From a virus, in IMG/VR virus record IMGVR_UViG_3300025849_000009: DNA of 64,000 nucleotides; one strand, 5' to 3'. The number at the start of each line of letters is the position of its first letter. The stretch's first letter is position 1. Below are positions 28,745 through 40,253 of this stretch, piece after piece. The notes beneath the pieces were generated by a model. The model was not told the DNA's origin. It was given only the letters and a program-made list of their open reading frames with translations, and did no database searches. The translations under genes were made by a program, and so were the position numbers.

Positions 28745-31700
28745 TTATCTGGCGAATCTAGTTAGCTTCGCGGCTCTAATAGAATTTAAGTTTTTACCTT
28801 TAGCTCTATATTTGGCAAACACTTCTAGATCAAATGAGAATTGTTGATCATATTTGTCAAAAATATCTAATCCTATTTTCTTAGTGTATGTAAGATTTGG
28901 GAATCTTAACTTAGCTTGACCACCTACTCTACCAATATCAGAATCAGGATCATTACCAAAATAATCTGTCATTCTATACTGAAATATAATATCAACTGAA
29001 AGAGCATTAGAACTATCTAAAGTACCAACCTTCTTTTTAATACTTTTTCTGCTTTGTTTAGCATCACCTTCAACTTTTAAAGTATCTAAATTAATAGGTG
29101 ACAAAAATAAGAATGCTCCACATGAACGTCCACCTAAAAGAAATTGATCATTTGCATCAAATGACATTTTAAATGTTCTATCTCCAGATTTAATAAAATC
29201 GTCTGTGGTTTTTTGAAATGCTAATTGTTTTGTAGCTTTAACTGCATCCACCAGTGGCGATGAAAAACTTGAGCCTATCAGTGGATTATTATAAACAAAT
29301 GTTGTTCCAGTTGCATATGTAGAAGTAATTGGCATTGTATAAAGCGCATTATCTACAACATCTTGTAAATTAGCTTTCTGATCTGCCAAAGAAACACTAC
29401 CTGAATTAGGTGCAGTTTCAGAAACATGTGAATATATGTTCTCTAAATCTGGATGGTCCTTGTGAAGATATAAGCCATTGTTATAATTTGCAGCACCTAT
29501 AGTTCCAATACTACATACATCTATTTTATCAGGTTGAAAACCTTCGCTTAAGTCTGCATTTGTAGAATTATTATGTGTGCCAAACGTTCCGGTCCAGATA
29601 AAATCTACTGAATTACCATTACCAGTTGGTTGGTTAATACTGATTGCATTTGAATCACCCTCAAATATAGCATATCCTAAACCATATTCATAACTATTAA
29701 AATTTGCCTGTCCACTGCCAAGTAATGATTCAGTAACATATAGCGGATTTTGATTTGAAACATCCATGAATCTAGAATAAACAAATTGACCACGTCTTTG
29801 AGCCGATTGATATGGTGCTTCAGCTAATAAATCATAAGAATTAATAGAAGATGTGTTTATGTTTTGAAACTGAATAGGAACTAAATCATATTTACCTTCA
29901 GATGTATAATAATTATCTGACGAAATTTTGTTATCTGTATCAGCAACTCCTAAATCATTTAATTTTACACCAAATCCATTATCAGCAATGCTAGTACCAG
30001 ATGCACTAGATCTATATGCTGGCAAGTTTCTATCTCCAACTAATCTTGAAACTAATTCAAGTTTAGTAGCTTTTGTGTTTTCTAATAGAAGTTTAAATGT
30101 CTTTGTAACAATGTGTCCTTTTTTAACAGTAAGACTCGCAACCTCGTCAGTATAATAACCAGCGAATATTTGGTTTTTGGTGTTATTATTAATAACGGTA
30201 ACTGTACCGTCTTCATCCATTATTTTAACAACTAATTCACCTATTTCAACTTCTACAGTACCCTTAAGTTCTGAAATTTGTAATTCTAACTCAGCAATTT
30301 TATCATATACTGAGATGGGTTTTTGTTCAGCTGATAAGAATCCCGATGCAATTGATGTTGCGTTATGTGCATAGTATTTTTCATTAGCACTAAATGAATC
30401 ATCAATATGTGTAAATACACCCTTAGAAGTAAGTTCTTGAGATATTTTAACAGACGCTGTTTCGGCCGCGTTTGACATTAACAATGCATCAACGTTAGTA
30501 GTGTCAATTTCTGTAATAGGAAAATCAATTGTAATTGATTCTGACCAATCAGAATATATTGGGTTTGCAGGATATCCAGCTTCAGATACTGATTTAACTC
30601 TAATTTCAACTAATTCACCTTCGTTAATTGCAAGATCTAATTGATTAAAGTTTACCTCTTGTGCATCTTCTACTAAACTATCTTTCCACTCAAATTTTCT
30701 AGTGATAGAATTTCTGTATCTAGATCTAACTTTAGTTTCCATTTCATTCCAGTTAGAAAAGACTGCTGTTTTTTCTCTTGTTCCATCAGTAAATGGTAGT
30801 TGAGTAACTTCACTTGCTTTTCCGCTAGTTGACAAATATCTATATTGTACAACAAATCTCACAATGTTTTGATCCAATGTATCAGCAACTTTCTTTGCCA
30901 CTGGAATTTCCCAGAAACCTCTAACTCTATATTTAGGGGCAATTTTTGGAGCATTACTTCCAGATGCTAATGACTGAATTTGATTTACGATACTATTGTA
31001 TAAACTAGTTTCACTAGTTCTCTCTGTAATAAGTGAGTTCAATTCGTTTCTATCTTTATCCTGCTGTATCGAAGATTCATATTTTTTAGTAGAAATTTCA
31101 GAACGTTTCTTAACAATAGTTTCATCTAATTTCTTAATCTTTTCTTCTACATTAATTTTATCAGCAGATAGCTTTTTGATTTTATCAGCAGTATCATTAG
31201 CTGTCAAGTGAGAGTTAATTTGAACTACTTTAAAGTTATTATTATTTAAAGAAGGTGCATCAGGTGTAATACCCTGTGCAGCTGGAGGAATAGCATCTTC
31301 CTTAAGCGCAGTAATATATTTACCAAAATCAGCAACTTCCGCTTTGTAATAATCATCTAATCTAATTGATGATCCATCGGCTTGAATTAATGTTAATTCA
31401 TTTGAATAAAATCCAATACCTGGTGACCAGTTTTCAGCCAATATTTTAGAATCTGAATCTATGGCTTTAACAAAAACCAATGTTCTTTCATTAAATCCTA
31501 CATTAATGTCTATGCTTAAGTTAGCCTCATTGTTTTTATATATGCCCAGCTGATTAGCACCAATCTTAATAGATTCATATCCTTCTACTATTAATAGTTC
31601 AACCTGATTAGTCGAACCATCGATTCTAGTTATTTTATACCTGGTATTTCTAGCACCGCTTTGAACCATAAGTTCATCTCCAACTTTAAGTGCTTCAGTA

Positions 31701-32461
31701 TCTTTTAGATCCTTGTTAGAATCAGAGTACGTTAAAGAATCTATCGTATATAATTTTATAGCTTTCTTTTTAGTAACACCATCAACTAAAACTTCTCTTT
31801 TAGAATTACTAATTTTTAACACATCGAATTTACCAGTAAATTGTGCTGTTCTATATGGAAGATCACGAGTATCTTCATCTAATATATATGTTAGGCTATT
31901 ATTTGCAATATCTCTAATTACAGTGTTATAGTCTAGGTTTTCTTTGTTTTTAAAATTAGTATTAAAATATTCAACAGTGACTGCGTTTGTAGAATCAAAT
32001 AAAATTCGTTTTACTAAAACTCTTTCAGTTTCATTTGGAATTTGCCCACTAACATTAATACTAGTTGTAAGTAAAGGATTTAAAAAGTCTTCAAAGAAAT
32101 AATTAGGTTTTGTACCAAAATTAACTGGTCTAACAAAACTAGTTATGTCATTTGCAGGAGTTTTTAATCGTGTTGTAATAATACTTTGATATGTGCCATC
32201 TGGTAATTTAATCCTAGTATTTCCCTTTCCTAAACCAGCTAAAGATTTTAAATTAACATCTAATCTTTCTAATTCTCTTTTCATGTAACCAAATGAAGGC
32301 ACATAAACCGTTTTGGTTCCATCTTCAGTTAGTAATTCAAGAGGTACGTCTTTTTGATCTGTAGTTATCGCCTCATTAATTCTTTCAAATGTCTTTAAAG
32401 AATTTGAATTAATTTCAAGTAGTTTCTTGAGCGAATTAGAAATAGAGTTATTAGTATTCAT
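28745..32461 (-). CDS. Large hypothetical structural protein with central coiled coil and FN3-like segment
   Basis: Heptad region KIKKLSADKINVEEKIKKL...; VEIRVKSVSEAG...SDWSE FN3-like motif. Confidence 0.5.
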   Translation of the reverse strand: MNTNNSISNSLKKLLEINSNSLKTFERINEAITTDQKDVPLELLTEDGTKTVYVPSFGYMKRELERLDVNLKSLAGLGKGNTRIKLPDGTYQSIITTRLKTPANDITSFVRPVNFGTKPNYFFEDFLNPLLTTSINVSGQIPNETERVLVKRILFDSTNAVTVEYFNTNFKNKENLDYNTVIRDIANNSLTYILDEDTRDLPYRTAQFTGKFDVLKISNSKREVLVDGVTKKKAIKLYTIDSLTYSDSNKDLKDTEALKVGDELMVQSGARNTRYKITRIDGSTNQVELLIVEGYESIKIGANQLGIYKNNEANLSIDINVGFNERTLVFVKAIDSDSKILAENWSPGIGFYSNELTLIQADGSSIRLDDYYKAEVADFGKYITALKEDAIPPAAQGITPDAPSLNNNNFKVVQINSHLTANDTADKIKKLSADKINVEEKIKKLDETIVKKRSEISTKKYESSIQQDKDRNELNSLITERTSETSLYNSIVNQIQSLASGSNAPKIAPKYRVRGFWEIPVAKKVADTLDQNIVRFVVQYRYLSTSGKASEVTQLPFTDGTREKTAVFSNWNEMETKVRSRYRNSITRKFEWKDSLVEDAQEVNFNQLDLAINEGELVEIRVKSVSEAGYPANPIYSDWSESITIDFPITEIDTTNVDALLMSNAAETASVKISQELTSKGVFTHIDDSFSANEKYYAHNATSIASGFLSAEQKPISVYDKIAELELQISELKGTVEVEIGELVVKIMDEDGTVTVINNNTKNQIFAGYYTDEVASLTVKKGHIVTKTFKLLLENTKATKLELVSRLVGDRNLPAYRSSASGTSIADNGFGVKLNDLGVADTDNKISSDNYYTSEGKYDLVPIQFQNINTSSINSYDLLAEAPYQSAQRRGQFVYSRFMDVSNQNPLYVTESLLGSGQANFNSYEYGLGYAIFEGDSNAISINQPTGNGNSVDFIWTGTFGTHNNSTNADLSEGFQPDKIDVCSIGTIGAANYNNGLYLHKDHPDLENIYSHVSETAPNSGSVSLADQKANLQDVVDNALYTMPITSTYATGTTFVYNNPLIGSSFSSPLVDAVKATKQLAFQKTTDDFIKSGDRTFKMSFDANDQFLLGGRSCGAFLFLSPINLDTLKVEGDAKQSRKSIKKKVGTLDSSNALSVDIIFQYRMTDYFGNDPDSDIGRVGGQAKLRFPNLTYTKKIGLDIFDKYDQQFSFDLEVFAKYRAKGKNLNSIRAAKLTRFAR

Positions 32462-32462
32462 A

Positions 32463-34400
32463 TTATCTTAAAATATCGGCTTCAAATTGATAGTTAGCGT
32501 AATCAATACACACTAATTCAATATATGGTTTATTTGTTATTAATTGAGTTGAGTCAACATTAAATATTAATTGATCAAAACCTCCAACTGAGTTTGTCCA
32601 AAATTTAATATTATTTCCTGACATATTTATTTCATCAAATGTAATTTTGAAAGTTTGTCCGTTTTTCCACGAAACTAAACTATCGTCAATGTATATATTA
32701 AGGTCACTTTCAGGCTCAGATGAGAATAATCCTTTTAAACTTAATCTGTTTGAAAACTCTTCAAGTCTAGACCAAATTGCAAATTTAGAAGATCCGTTCC
32801 CCGCTACTCCTGCATCAAATTGAGTTACTGTAGATAATTTAGTAGCGATTGTTCTTGCTGCTATATTCCACAGGTATGGGCTATTTAGTGTATAACCATC
32901 AACTGTGCTGTCAATTTTAATTTTATTAGGAATAGTTTTATCAACTTCTGTACCTTTTCCGGCAAATATAATATCTGTATTGTATTGTAATTCTACTGGA
33001 ATAGTCCCATCAATTAAAGAATTAATTTTAGTATGTGCTTTAGTTATTAATTCTAAAAGAGAATTTGAGTCCGCTAATTGAAGAGAACTACTTTGAAAAT
33101 CATCTTCTAATACTTTAACCTTTTTTGATAAAGCAGTTGTGTCTTCAGTAGAAGAAACAATATTTTCTATAGAATTTAATCTTTCTACAATAGCAGCATA
33201 TCTATTATTAGCTTGTATTAATAATTCGGTTGCATTTTCAAGGGCAGTTGTTGTGTCCATGAATAAATCCATAGAGAATGTTGTAAAATCATTTACACTT
33301 GTTTCTACACCAACATTATCTAATGAAGAATTAAATTTAAGATTTAATTTTAAAGAAAATGCATTACCATTTAAACCTGTAACTTCGTTTGGTTTAAATT
33401 TAATTTGTTCGTTAATTTTAGAACCAGGCCCATAAGCATCCTGTATATCATCCAAAATTAATATTCCATATAAGTTAGTCGCTCTATTCGCAGAAATAGA
33501 TTCGCTATAAATATCATAGTATACAAGGATAGCATTAAACGTAAACCTTTGTCCTTTTTTAGCAAAATCTAACAATGATTCTACTTCAACGTCATTGTTA
33601 ATTTCTTCATATGCAGTTGCATCGAAATTAATTCCAACACTATTAGTAGCATTAGTTTGAATATTATAATAAGCTCCACTACTTAACGTATATTCATCAA
33701 CAACAGCATTCATGTTTATGTTTGGATCAGGGTGTGTTTGTCCCTCTCTGCCCTCTACATAATCACTTGCGTATAATTTTGTTGCAGTTGTGTTATAATT
33801 TGTTGGTTTAAATAAAACAGTTGGAGTGTAACCCACTGAAGTAGGTACATTAATATAGACTTCATGATATGTGTTACCTTGATATGCAACATCATTTTCA
33901 GCATCTATTGTTCCTAAATATTTAACAACTCTATCATAGTTATCACTAGCAAATGTACCATTAACTTTTTCGGTATAATTACCAACAAGTGTTTGGTTAG
34001 AATCAGCTGCAATAAAATCTACTGCACCTAAAGAACTTAACCACTTAAAAAATATCTTTTCAGAATCTGATTGCAATATTATTGGATCATAATCATCGTC
34101 TTTTAACAACAGCTCTTCTAAGTTAAGTGCATAATTTTGGAATGTTTGTGCAAAATCCACATTGGGCATTCCAGCAATATATTCATCACCTGAAGGTTGT
34201 TTAAGATTTAATTCAAAATCTATCGTGTTAGAGCCATTAACAGAATCAGTAAAATCTGGAAGATCTAATAAAGCGTATTTACTAAACTCAAAATTTAAAT
34301 CTGAACTATTAAAAGCCCTAGTCATGTCTCTCGCAGAAGATGCGAAAGCATACATTGTGCCGCCCATGGGCTGCGGTATTCTAACTAGAGGAGTTGCCAT
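32463..34400 (-). CDS. Hypothetical structural protein
   Basis: 645 aa with a coiled-coil segment; tightly packed in the tail operon. Confidence 0.45.
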   Translation of the reverse strand: MATPLVRIPQPMGGTMYAFASSARDMTRAFNSSDLNFEFSKYALLDLPDFTDSVNGSNTIDFELNLKQPSGDEYIAGMPNVDFAQTFQNYALNLEELLLKDDDYDPIILQSDSEKIFFKWLSSLGAVDFIAADSNQTLVGNYTEKVNGTFASDNYDRVVKYLGTIDAENDVAYQGNTYHEVYINVPTSVGYTPTVLFKPTNYNTTATKLYASDYVEGREGQTHPDPNINMNAVVDEYTLSSGAYYNIQTNATNSVGINFDATAYEEINNDVEVESLLDFAKKGQRFTFNAILVYYDIYSESISANRATNLYGILILDDIQDAYGPGSKINEQIKFKPNEVTGLNGNAFSLKLNLKFNSSLDNVGVETSVNDFTTFSMDLFMDTTTALENATELLIQANNRYAAIVERLNSIENIVSSTEDTTALSKKVKVLEDDFQSSSLQLADSNSLLELITKAHTKINSLIDGTIPVELQYNTDIIFAGKGTEVDKTIPNKIKIDSTVDGYTLNSPYLWNIAARTIATKLSTVTQFDAGVAGNGSSKFAIWSRLEEFSNRLSLKGLFSSEPESDLNIYIDDSLVSWKNGQTFKITFDEINMSGNNIKFWTNSVGGFDQLIFNVDSTQLITNKPYIELVCIDYANYQFEADILR

Positions 34401-34418
34401 CTATTCTTTAAGTTTTGT

Positions 34419-34985
34419 TTATACTATTGTTGTGTTGTGTGATGAGATGATATACCATTTATTATCAAAACATCTTAATGTAACTGTTGAGTTTAATCCT
34501 TCGAGTGTAATTGATGTAGCACCTAAAGTAGCTCCTGTACCAGATAACACTGATTTAGAACTACCGTCAACATTAACAATTGTTGCCTCTTGTCCATCTA
34601 CCGCTTCCGGTAATGTAAAGTGACTATCAATAAAGTAAGTAACCGCAGTTATTGAAACTGGTGTAACTTGTGTTGTTGGTGTAGCAGCAGTTCCTAAAAC
34701 TCCGCTTTTTACTAAATCTCCATCTACTTTTACGGATGAATTAAAAATTGCAGCATTGCTAAACGCGGCACCTAAATTATTTACCACCAATAAGTTAGCA
34801 CCGTTTTGTGTAACAGTTAATGATGAAGTAGATACGCTAGCGATTCCACTTAAAGTTAAGGTAGTTGGGTTTAACAAGGCCGTAACAGATGCTAACTCAT
34901 CATTTAACAACTCAAAGTTGCTATTGATGATCGGTCTCGATGAAGAAACTGAATCAGTTCCTAAAATTTCAGTAATGTTTGCCAT
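34419..34985 (-). CDS. Short fibre/baseplate-associated protein
   Basis: N-terminal DSVSSSRPIINSNF motif; C-terminal TLP...DGQ...TLRCFDNKWYII fibre-like domain. Confidence 0.55.
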   Translation of the reverse strand: MANITEILGTDSVSSSRPIINSNFELLNDELASVTALLNPTTLTLSGIASVSTSSLTVTQNGANLLVVNNLGAAFSNAAIFNSSVKVDGDLVKSGVLGTAATPTTQVTPVSITAVTYFIDSHFTLPEAVDGQEATIVNVDGSSKSVLSGTGATLGATSITLEGLNSTVTLRCFDNKWYIISSHNTTIV

Positions 34986-34999
34986 TTTTATTGTTTTTA

Positions 35000-37744
35000 T
35001 TATTTTACTTTTAACATGTTCCTATTTACAAGGTTTTTATTTCCATTTGTATCTTCAGTTTCTAGCTGAATATTGTAGTACCCAGGTTCTTTAAAGATAT
35101 ATGTAAGCCACATATTATTATAGTATATATCAGTGATTTTTGGGTTAGTTATATTTGTGATAGTCCATTTAGCATTTTTACTTCCAGGAAATCTAGAAAT
35201 ATCTGTTGAAAACGTAACATGTGTAGACCTTTCAACCTCTGCATAATCATTAAATACTCTGGTGTCGTCCCATGTTGGATTATAATGTTGTACGTGAATT
35301 TCACCACTAATATTAGCGTTTGATGAATTATTAATTTTTATTATTGAAGCATCTTCAAAATCATAAGTTTTTGAGTATTCTTTTCCTACAACTAATATAA
35401 ATTTAAAAACATCGCTTACATCATTATCGTCAGAATCTTCAAATATTGCATTATAATTAAATTTACTAATAACATAGTCCTCACTTTGTTGTAATTCATT
35501 CATTATTTGAGTCCAACCGTTTACATCATTAAATGTAGTTGGCGTAGCATTAACTATTTGATGAGATCCTGTGCTTATTTCTCCAGTTTTTGGATCTTTG
35601 TGTGTTATTACTAAGGTGTCACCTTGTTGTATATCGTTTATTTTAAAACTAGAAGTTAAATCAGGTCCAACTCTCATGAAATGCCACGCTAAATGTTCAG
35701 TGTCTTTCCAATCAAAAGTTGATTCGTCCCATGTATATGGTCCAGTAGTTTCACTATATGCAGTTTCAGAATAAATATCTAAATATCTACTAACAGTTGA
35801 AAATCTAACACCTTGATCCTCTTCAAAATGAATGTAATTAGCTCTGTCTAATGTTAAATAAAGAGTAGCAATATCATCATCGATAGTTGTTACATTATCT
35901 TGAGGTTGATTCCAATAACCACCTGATTTTTGCCATGTCAAATCTTTATTATCCCATGAATCATCTTCTAGCCACTTATATATGCCATATAATTCTAGAT
36001 TTTTAAGTTTTACATCTATTAGATCTTTCATTCTATAATGAGATCTGTGTCCAAAGAGATCATATGTTCTCATCTCGACAGTATATATGTCATTATGTGG
36101 TAATATCAACGGAAGGATCAAATAATCATCTATCGCACCTCTATAAGTCTGGTTATACCCTTTATTTTTACTTGTAACAATCCATTCTATTTCATAAACC
36201 CATGCTTTCCACCAATCATTCCATGTAACTAACAGTGTATCATTTGGATTATGAGCATCTTCCCATGTAAATTTAGCCTCGTCCCAAATATCATCAAACG
36301 ATTCTGTACCGTCTAATAACACAGGACATCCAATTGGAATATTAGGATTATAAGAATATAATTCTTGATTATGATATGTTTCATAAAACTCTCTAAATAT
36401 ACTCTTTAATTCTGTTCTATTATTTGGGGTTAACGTATGCTCTTGTCCACTTTTAGTATTTAAAAATAAATTATAATTACTGGAATCATTATTTTGATCA
36501 AGCGATGGTTTTAAGACCATTGACATGTCTTCTATAAATAACTGTCTATCGTTAGGAAATACATTAAACTTAATATTATGCCCTTCACTAAAGAAATCAA
36601 TACCGTTTTGAATATTCCATACGTTTATATTTCTTTGAGCGAAATAATCTCCTTCAGCAGTAATATCTATAATTTTTGCTTGAAGCGGTAAATAATCTTT
36701 TTGTAACTTTGCCTTTAAACCATATAGTTTAATAAGTACTTCTTCTGGTGTATAATCAAAAACCTCATCAACATTAGGAATATCCCAATGATCAAACGTT
36801 CCATTAGGCTCGTTTAACCTGTATACAAGACTAAACTTGCTAGTTTTTTTCATTGTACTAGAAGGAAGCTTAAACGCTAATTTCTTTCTAGTGTTTTCAC
36901 CCCTAACAGACGAGTTAGGAACTGGAACTGCAAATAATTTACCAAAGTTCTTAACAGAATTATTAACATTTAGCCAGTATTCCTTCAACGTTATTTTATC
37001 ATAACCAAAGAAATCTATTGCATTTAATATTGCTTTATATGTACCAACAAATGGTTTTATATTGTGTAATTCTAAAAGCAATTCCTTTCTTTTCTTATTC
37101 AGTAATTTATAATCAGGTGACATTTCACTAATGTCATGATCTTTGAATAACATAAAATCAGATTCGTCCAACGTAGCTCCAAAATTTTGAAGAAGAATTT
37201 TAGTTCTTTCATCTTCAGCAACTACTTCACCATAAACTTCAATATCCGCTATAAGTGTTTTTACACCCGCCGCACTATGATAAACGTGTAAGTTTCTAAC
37301 ATGTGGCCCAGCTTTTAATGAATTTAATGCTATATTAATTTGAATAGCTGTACTATCTTGTTCCCACAGCGCTTTAGTACCGTCATTGAATACCGCAACT
37401 TTACTAAAATCTATTAGATCAATAGTTTGAGATTTTAACTCTTTAATTACTGGAAGATTTCCAGAATGATCTACATTATATAGTGTAATATCTTTACTAC
37501 CAAATCTAGTATCTTCACTCCATTCAAATATAAATTTATCGTTGTCTGGTGTTTCAGATACTGGGAAATTTATAATAGGGTCTCCGAATAATTCACACTC
37601 TTCTAATATAAATAAATTAATAGTTTCGTATAAACCAGCAGAAACCTCAGATAAATGTACGGTTCCTTGATAAACATCAGAGTTATCCTTTACGAAGTTT
37701 AAATCATATTCTAATCCTTTAAAAAATCTTAAATTATCGTACAT
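35000..37744 (-). CDS. Putative baseplate wedge subunit with C-terminal PKD-like domain
   Basis: KPFVGTYKAILNAIDFFGY (gp7/tail-I-like KGT..AI motif); YIFKEPGYYNIQL PKD-like; next to gp6. Confidence 0.55.
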   Translation of the reverse strand: MYDNLRFFKGLEYDLNFVKDNSDVYQGTVHLSEVSAGLYETINLFILEECELFGDPIINFPVSETPDNDKFIFEWSEDTRFGSKDITLYNVDHSGNLPVIKELKSQTIDLIDFSKVAVFNDGTKALWEQDSTAIQINIALNSLKAGPHVRNLHVYHSAAGVKTLIADIEVYGEVVAEDERTKILLQNFGATLDESDFMLFKDHDISEMSPDYKLLNKKRKELLLELHNIKPFVGTYKAILNAIDFFGYDKITLKEYWLNVNNSVKNFGKLFAVPVPNSSVRGENTRKKLAFKLPSSTMKKTSKFSLVYRLNEPNGTFDHWDIPNVDEVFDYTPEEVLIKLYGLKAKLQKDYLPLQAKIIDITAEGDYFAQRNINVWNIQNGIDFFSEGHNIKFNVFPNDRQLFIEDMSMVLKPSLDQNNDSSNYNLFLNTKSGQEHTLTPNNRTELKSIFREFYETYHNQELYSYNPNIPIGCPVLLDGTESFDDIWDEAKFTWEDAHNPNDTLLVTWNDWWKAWVYEIEWIVTSKNKGYNQTYRGAIDDYLILPLILPHNDIYTVEMRTYDLFGHRSHYRMKDLIDVKLKNLELYGIYKWLEDDSWDNKDLTWQKSGGYWNQPQDNVTTIDDDIATLYLTLDRANYIHFEEDQGVRFSTVSRYLDIYSETAYSETTGPYTWDESTFDWKDTEHLAWHFMRVGPDLTSSFKINDIQQGDTLVITHKDPKTGEISTGSHQIVNATPTTFNDVNGWTQIMNELQQSEDYVISKFNYNAIFEDSDDNDVSDVFKFILVVGKEYSKTYDFEDASIIKINNSSNANISGEIHVQHYNPTWDDTRVFNDYAEVERSTHVTFSTDISRFPGSKNAKWTITNITNPKITDIYYNNMWLTYIFKEPGYYNIQLETEDTNGNKNLVNRNMLKVK

Positions 37745-38028
37745 TATTTGGTTTTCTTTGTGTTTTCGTCAACGGTATAATTTTTAAAATTATTTAAATA
37801 TCTTGCGCCTTTTAATAAATTCTTTAATGCGTCATCTAAGAATATTAAAAAATGTTGCATGGTTTGATTTCTTTGAATGTGACCAGACAAAGATCTGCTA
37901 ATAAATTCCCCTGGAGCTAACTCATCATTGTAGTTAAATCCCGTATGTAATCTATCATCCTTTCTAGATTTAACAGAATCGTATCTTCTACGTTGTCTAT
38001 AGTTAAATAAATTTGTAAATAAACCCAT
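37744..38028 (-). CDS. Small hypothetical protein in baseplate operon
   Basis: 94 aa; TAATG-coupled to both neighbours. Confidence 0.65.
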   Translation of the reverse strand: MGLFTNLFNYRQRRRYDSVKSRKDDRLHTGFNYNDELAPGEFISRSLSGHIQRNQTMQHFLIFLDDALKNLLKGARYLNNFKNYTVDENTKKTK

Positions 38029-39857
38029 TATTTAAGTGCCTTTCTATTTCCAGCTTGTACTCTAGTGTATATTGTTCTAGGTACAGGATCTGCTTCAAAG
38101 TTTATACTTACCGCAGCTTCAGCGTTAATTAATACATCGTCTTCCATGACGTCACCGTCTCTATCTAACCATCCGCCTCTAAAAACAGCAACTTCTTCTT
38201 TTTCCATTATAATATCACCCCATTGATCTAATCCTTTTACCTTAGGAGGAATAATAGTATTTTCATCAACTGGAACCACTTTTACATCCTCTATTTTCTT
38301 AAAGAAAACATGTTTTTGTTTTCCATTTCCTACAGTTTCCAATGTTACTGGTTCTTGTGGAACTACTGTAGTAGTAATTGATTCATAATAACCAAGTCTT
38401 CTTGCAGTCTCTTCCGTCTCTGAAATAAATCTAACATTCACAGCGTCAATACCTGCAACCTCTTCTAAGATATAAATAATATCAGACTTAGGCAGTTTAT
38501 CTCTTCTCGTTATATTTAGTAAGTATGTAGACATTCTCTCTCTTACCGCTGTGTAAATCTCATCCTTAGTATAGCCTTCAAAGAATCTAATATTAATATC
38601 AATACTATATTTTCTTATTTGCGGCCTAACAAAAACAACTTCAGTTGTTACCATTTGTTGACCACTATCTTCTAAAACCTTATGCATTGCATCATACTCA
38701 CCTTGATCAAAGAACATTTCTTCTTGTGGTACAGTAAAGTAATCTTGATTTTTAGCTAACTTCTTATTAACATCTGGCACTGCAAATATATAAATAACAT
38801 TATCGTCATCTAAATATTGATCGTCAGTTGTGTTATATGCATCTATATAAGAGAACATATTGTATCTTGACAGAAAGTATTCATAGTTATCGGGTGTAGC
38901 TAATACAAATGATTTACTTGCAAGCGGTGTCATTATTTTTGTAAATTGAGTATTCTCTCTATCGCTACCCATTTTTGGAGATGATGTAACAGTTACATCT
39001 AAAAATTCATTTAAATCATGTTCTGTTCCATTAGAATCATAACCAGTTGCATCCCACTTAATAGTTAAATCAGGTGAATCATCTAAATTACCAGCAATTC
39101 CAGAATGTTTTACATATTCTACTTTAATACTAGCACCATTAGGTGGCACCATTCCAAAACTTCCATTTCCAAAATAAAGATCCAAACCTCCACTAATACC
39201 TGTTTTAATTAAATACGCCTTCTCATCAGATAACAGATCATAAAGTGATTCATGTTTTGTCCACTGTTCACCATTAACACTTACGGTAACTTTACTGTGA
39301 TCAGTGATTCCACCAGTATTAATGTTAAATGATTGTAATTTTTCACCGTTAGAAGTCACGGTTTGTGATTCAAATTTACCTTGAATTATTGCACTTTTAA
39401 ATGCGTTATAATTTGTTTTTTCTAATTTAAATAATTCAACAGAATTTAATAAAGTATATGTCATTCCGTTAGCATCAAATTTAATTTCTGATCTACCATT
39501 AATATTTAATAAACTTCCTGCTATTTTTGCCATATCAGCACCGGGCTTCCATCTAAATATAATTTCACCAGTAGAAGCAAACCCTCTTGTCGCATCATGG
39601 CCTGTCAATCGTGACATACCATATATTGATTCCGGTTGTTGTGCAGTATATATGTTTTGCTCTACTACAGAATCTTCAATATAATACATAATAAGATCCA
39701 TCATTTCTGATAGTACACTTATTATCTGTGCAAACGGTGAAGCTAAAGTAAACAAAGTGTTAGCCCTATTGTATACCCTAGAAATATAAGTTCTAGCATC
39801 AGCCTTAATAGACTCTGCTCCCGTTCTAATTGTACTTAAAAATTTTAATTCTGCCAT
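38028..39857 (-). CDS. gp6: Baseplate wedge protein (T4 gp6/baseplate J-like)
   Basis: NIYTAQQPESIYGMSRLTG, LYFGNGSFGMVPPNG, GSDRE, LATPDNYE. Confidence 0.82.
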   Translation of the reverse strand: MAELKFLSTIRTGAESIKADARTYISRVYNRANTLFTLASPFAQIISVLSEMMDLIMYYIEDSVVEQNIYTAQQPESIYGMSRLTGHDATRGFASTGEIIFRWKPGADMAKIAGSLLNINGRSEIKFDANGMTYTLLNSVELFKLEKTNYNAFKSAIIQGKFESQTVTSNGEKLQSFNINTGGITDHSKVTVSVNGEQWTKHESLYDLLSDEKAYLIKTGISGGLDLYFGNGSFGMVPPNGASIKVEYVKHSGIAGNLDDSPDLTIKWDATGYDSNGTEHDLNEFLDVTVTSSPKMGSDRENTQFTKIMTPLASKSFVLATPDNYEYFLSRYNMFSYIDAYNTTDDQYLDDDNVIYIFAVPDVNKKLAKNQDYFTVPQEEMFFDQGEYDAMHKVLEDSGQQMVTTEVVFVRPQIRKYSIDINIRFFEGYTKDEIYTAVRERMSTYLLNITRRDKLPKSDIIYILEEVAGIDAVNVRFISETEETARRLGYYESITTTVVPQEPVTLETVGNGKQKHVFFKKIEDVKVVPVDENTIIPPKVKGLDQWGDIIMEKEEVAVFRGGWLDRDGDVMEDDVLINAEAAVSINFEADPVPRTIYTRVQAGNRKALK

Positions 39858-39874
39858 TATTTATGTATACTTTT

Positions 39875-40231
39875 TTATAGCATGCTTATTTTTATAGCAT
39901 ATCTACTATCTATCGTAATATCTATGAACGCAATATCTCTAACCTCGCCTTGAACAAAGTCAATGTTTACTTGAACATTGTATTTTGATGCTAATGGGCA
40001 ATATGCATTAATCTGATCTACTATCACCGATTTGATATTATGTTCACTAGAATTGAAATCATATATAAGTGTTTCTAAATCACATCCAAACTTATGATCC
40101 CCCATAACTTCACCGCTATTAGTAAATAAAATTGTTTGAATCTGTGTGATCAACATTTCTATTTCACCATTAGTCTGAACTTGATCTTCGTCGTAATTAG
40201 GATCGCTAGGATATTTTATATATAATTCCAT
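39875..40231 (-). CDS. gp25: Baseplate wedge/sheath initiator (T4 gp25-like)
   Basis: ILFTNSGEVMGDHKFGCDLETLIYD. Confidence 0.85.
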   Translation of the reverse strand: MELYIKYPSDPNYDEDQVQTNGEIEMLITQIQTILFTNSGEVMGDHKFGCDLETLIYDFNSSEHNIKSVIVDQINAYCPLASKYNVQVNIDFVQGEVRDIAFIDITIDSRYAIKISML

Positions 40232-40253
40232 TTATTTATTTATCTTCTTTTAT

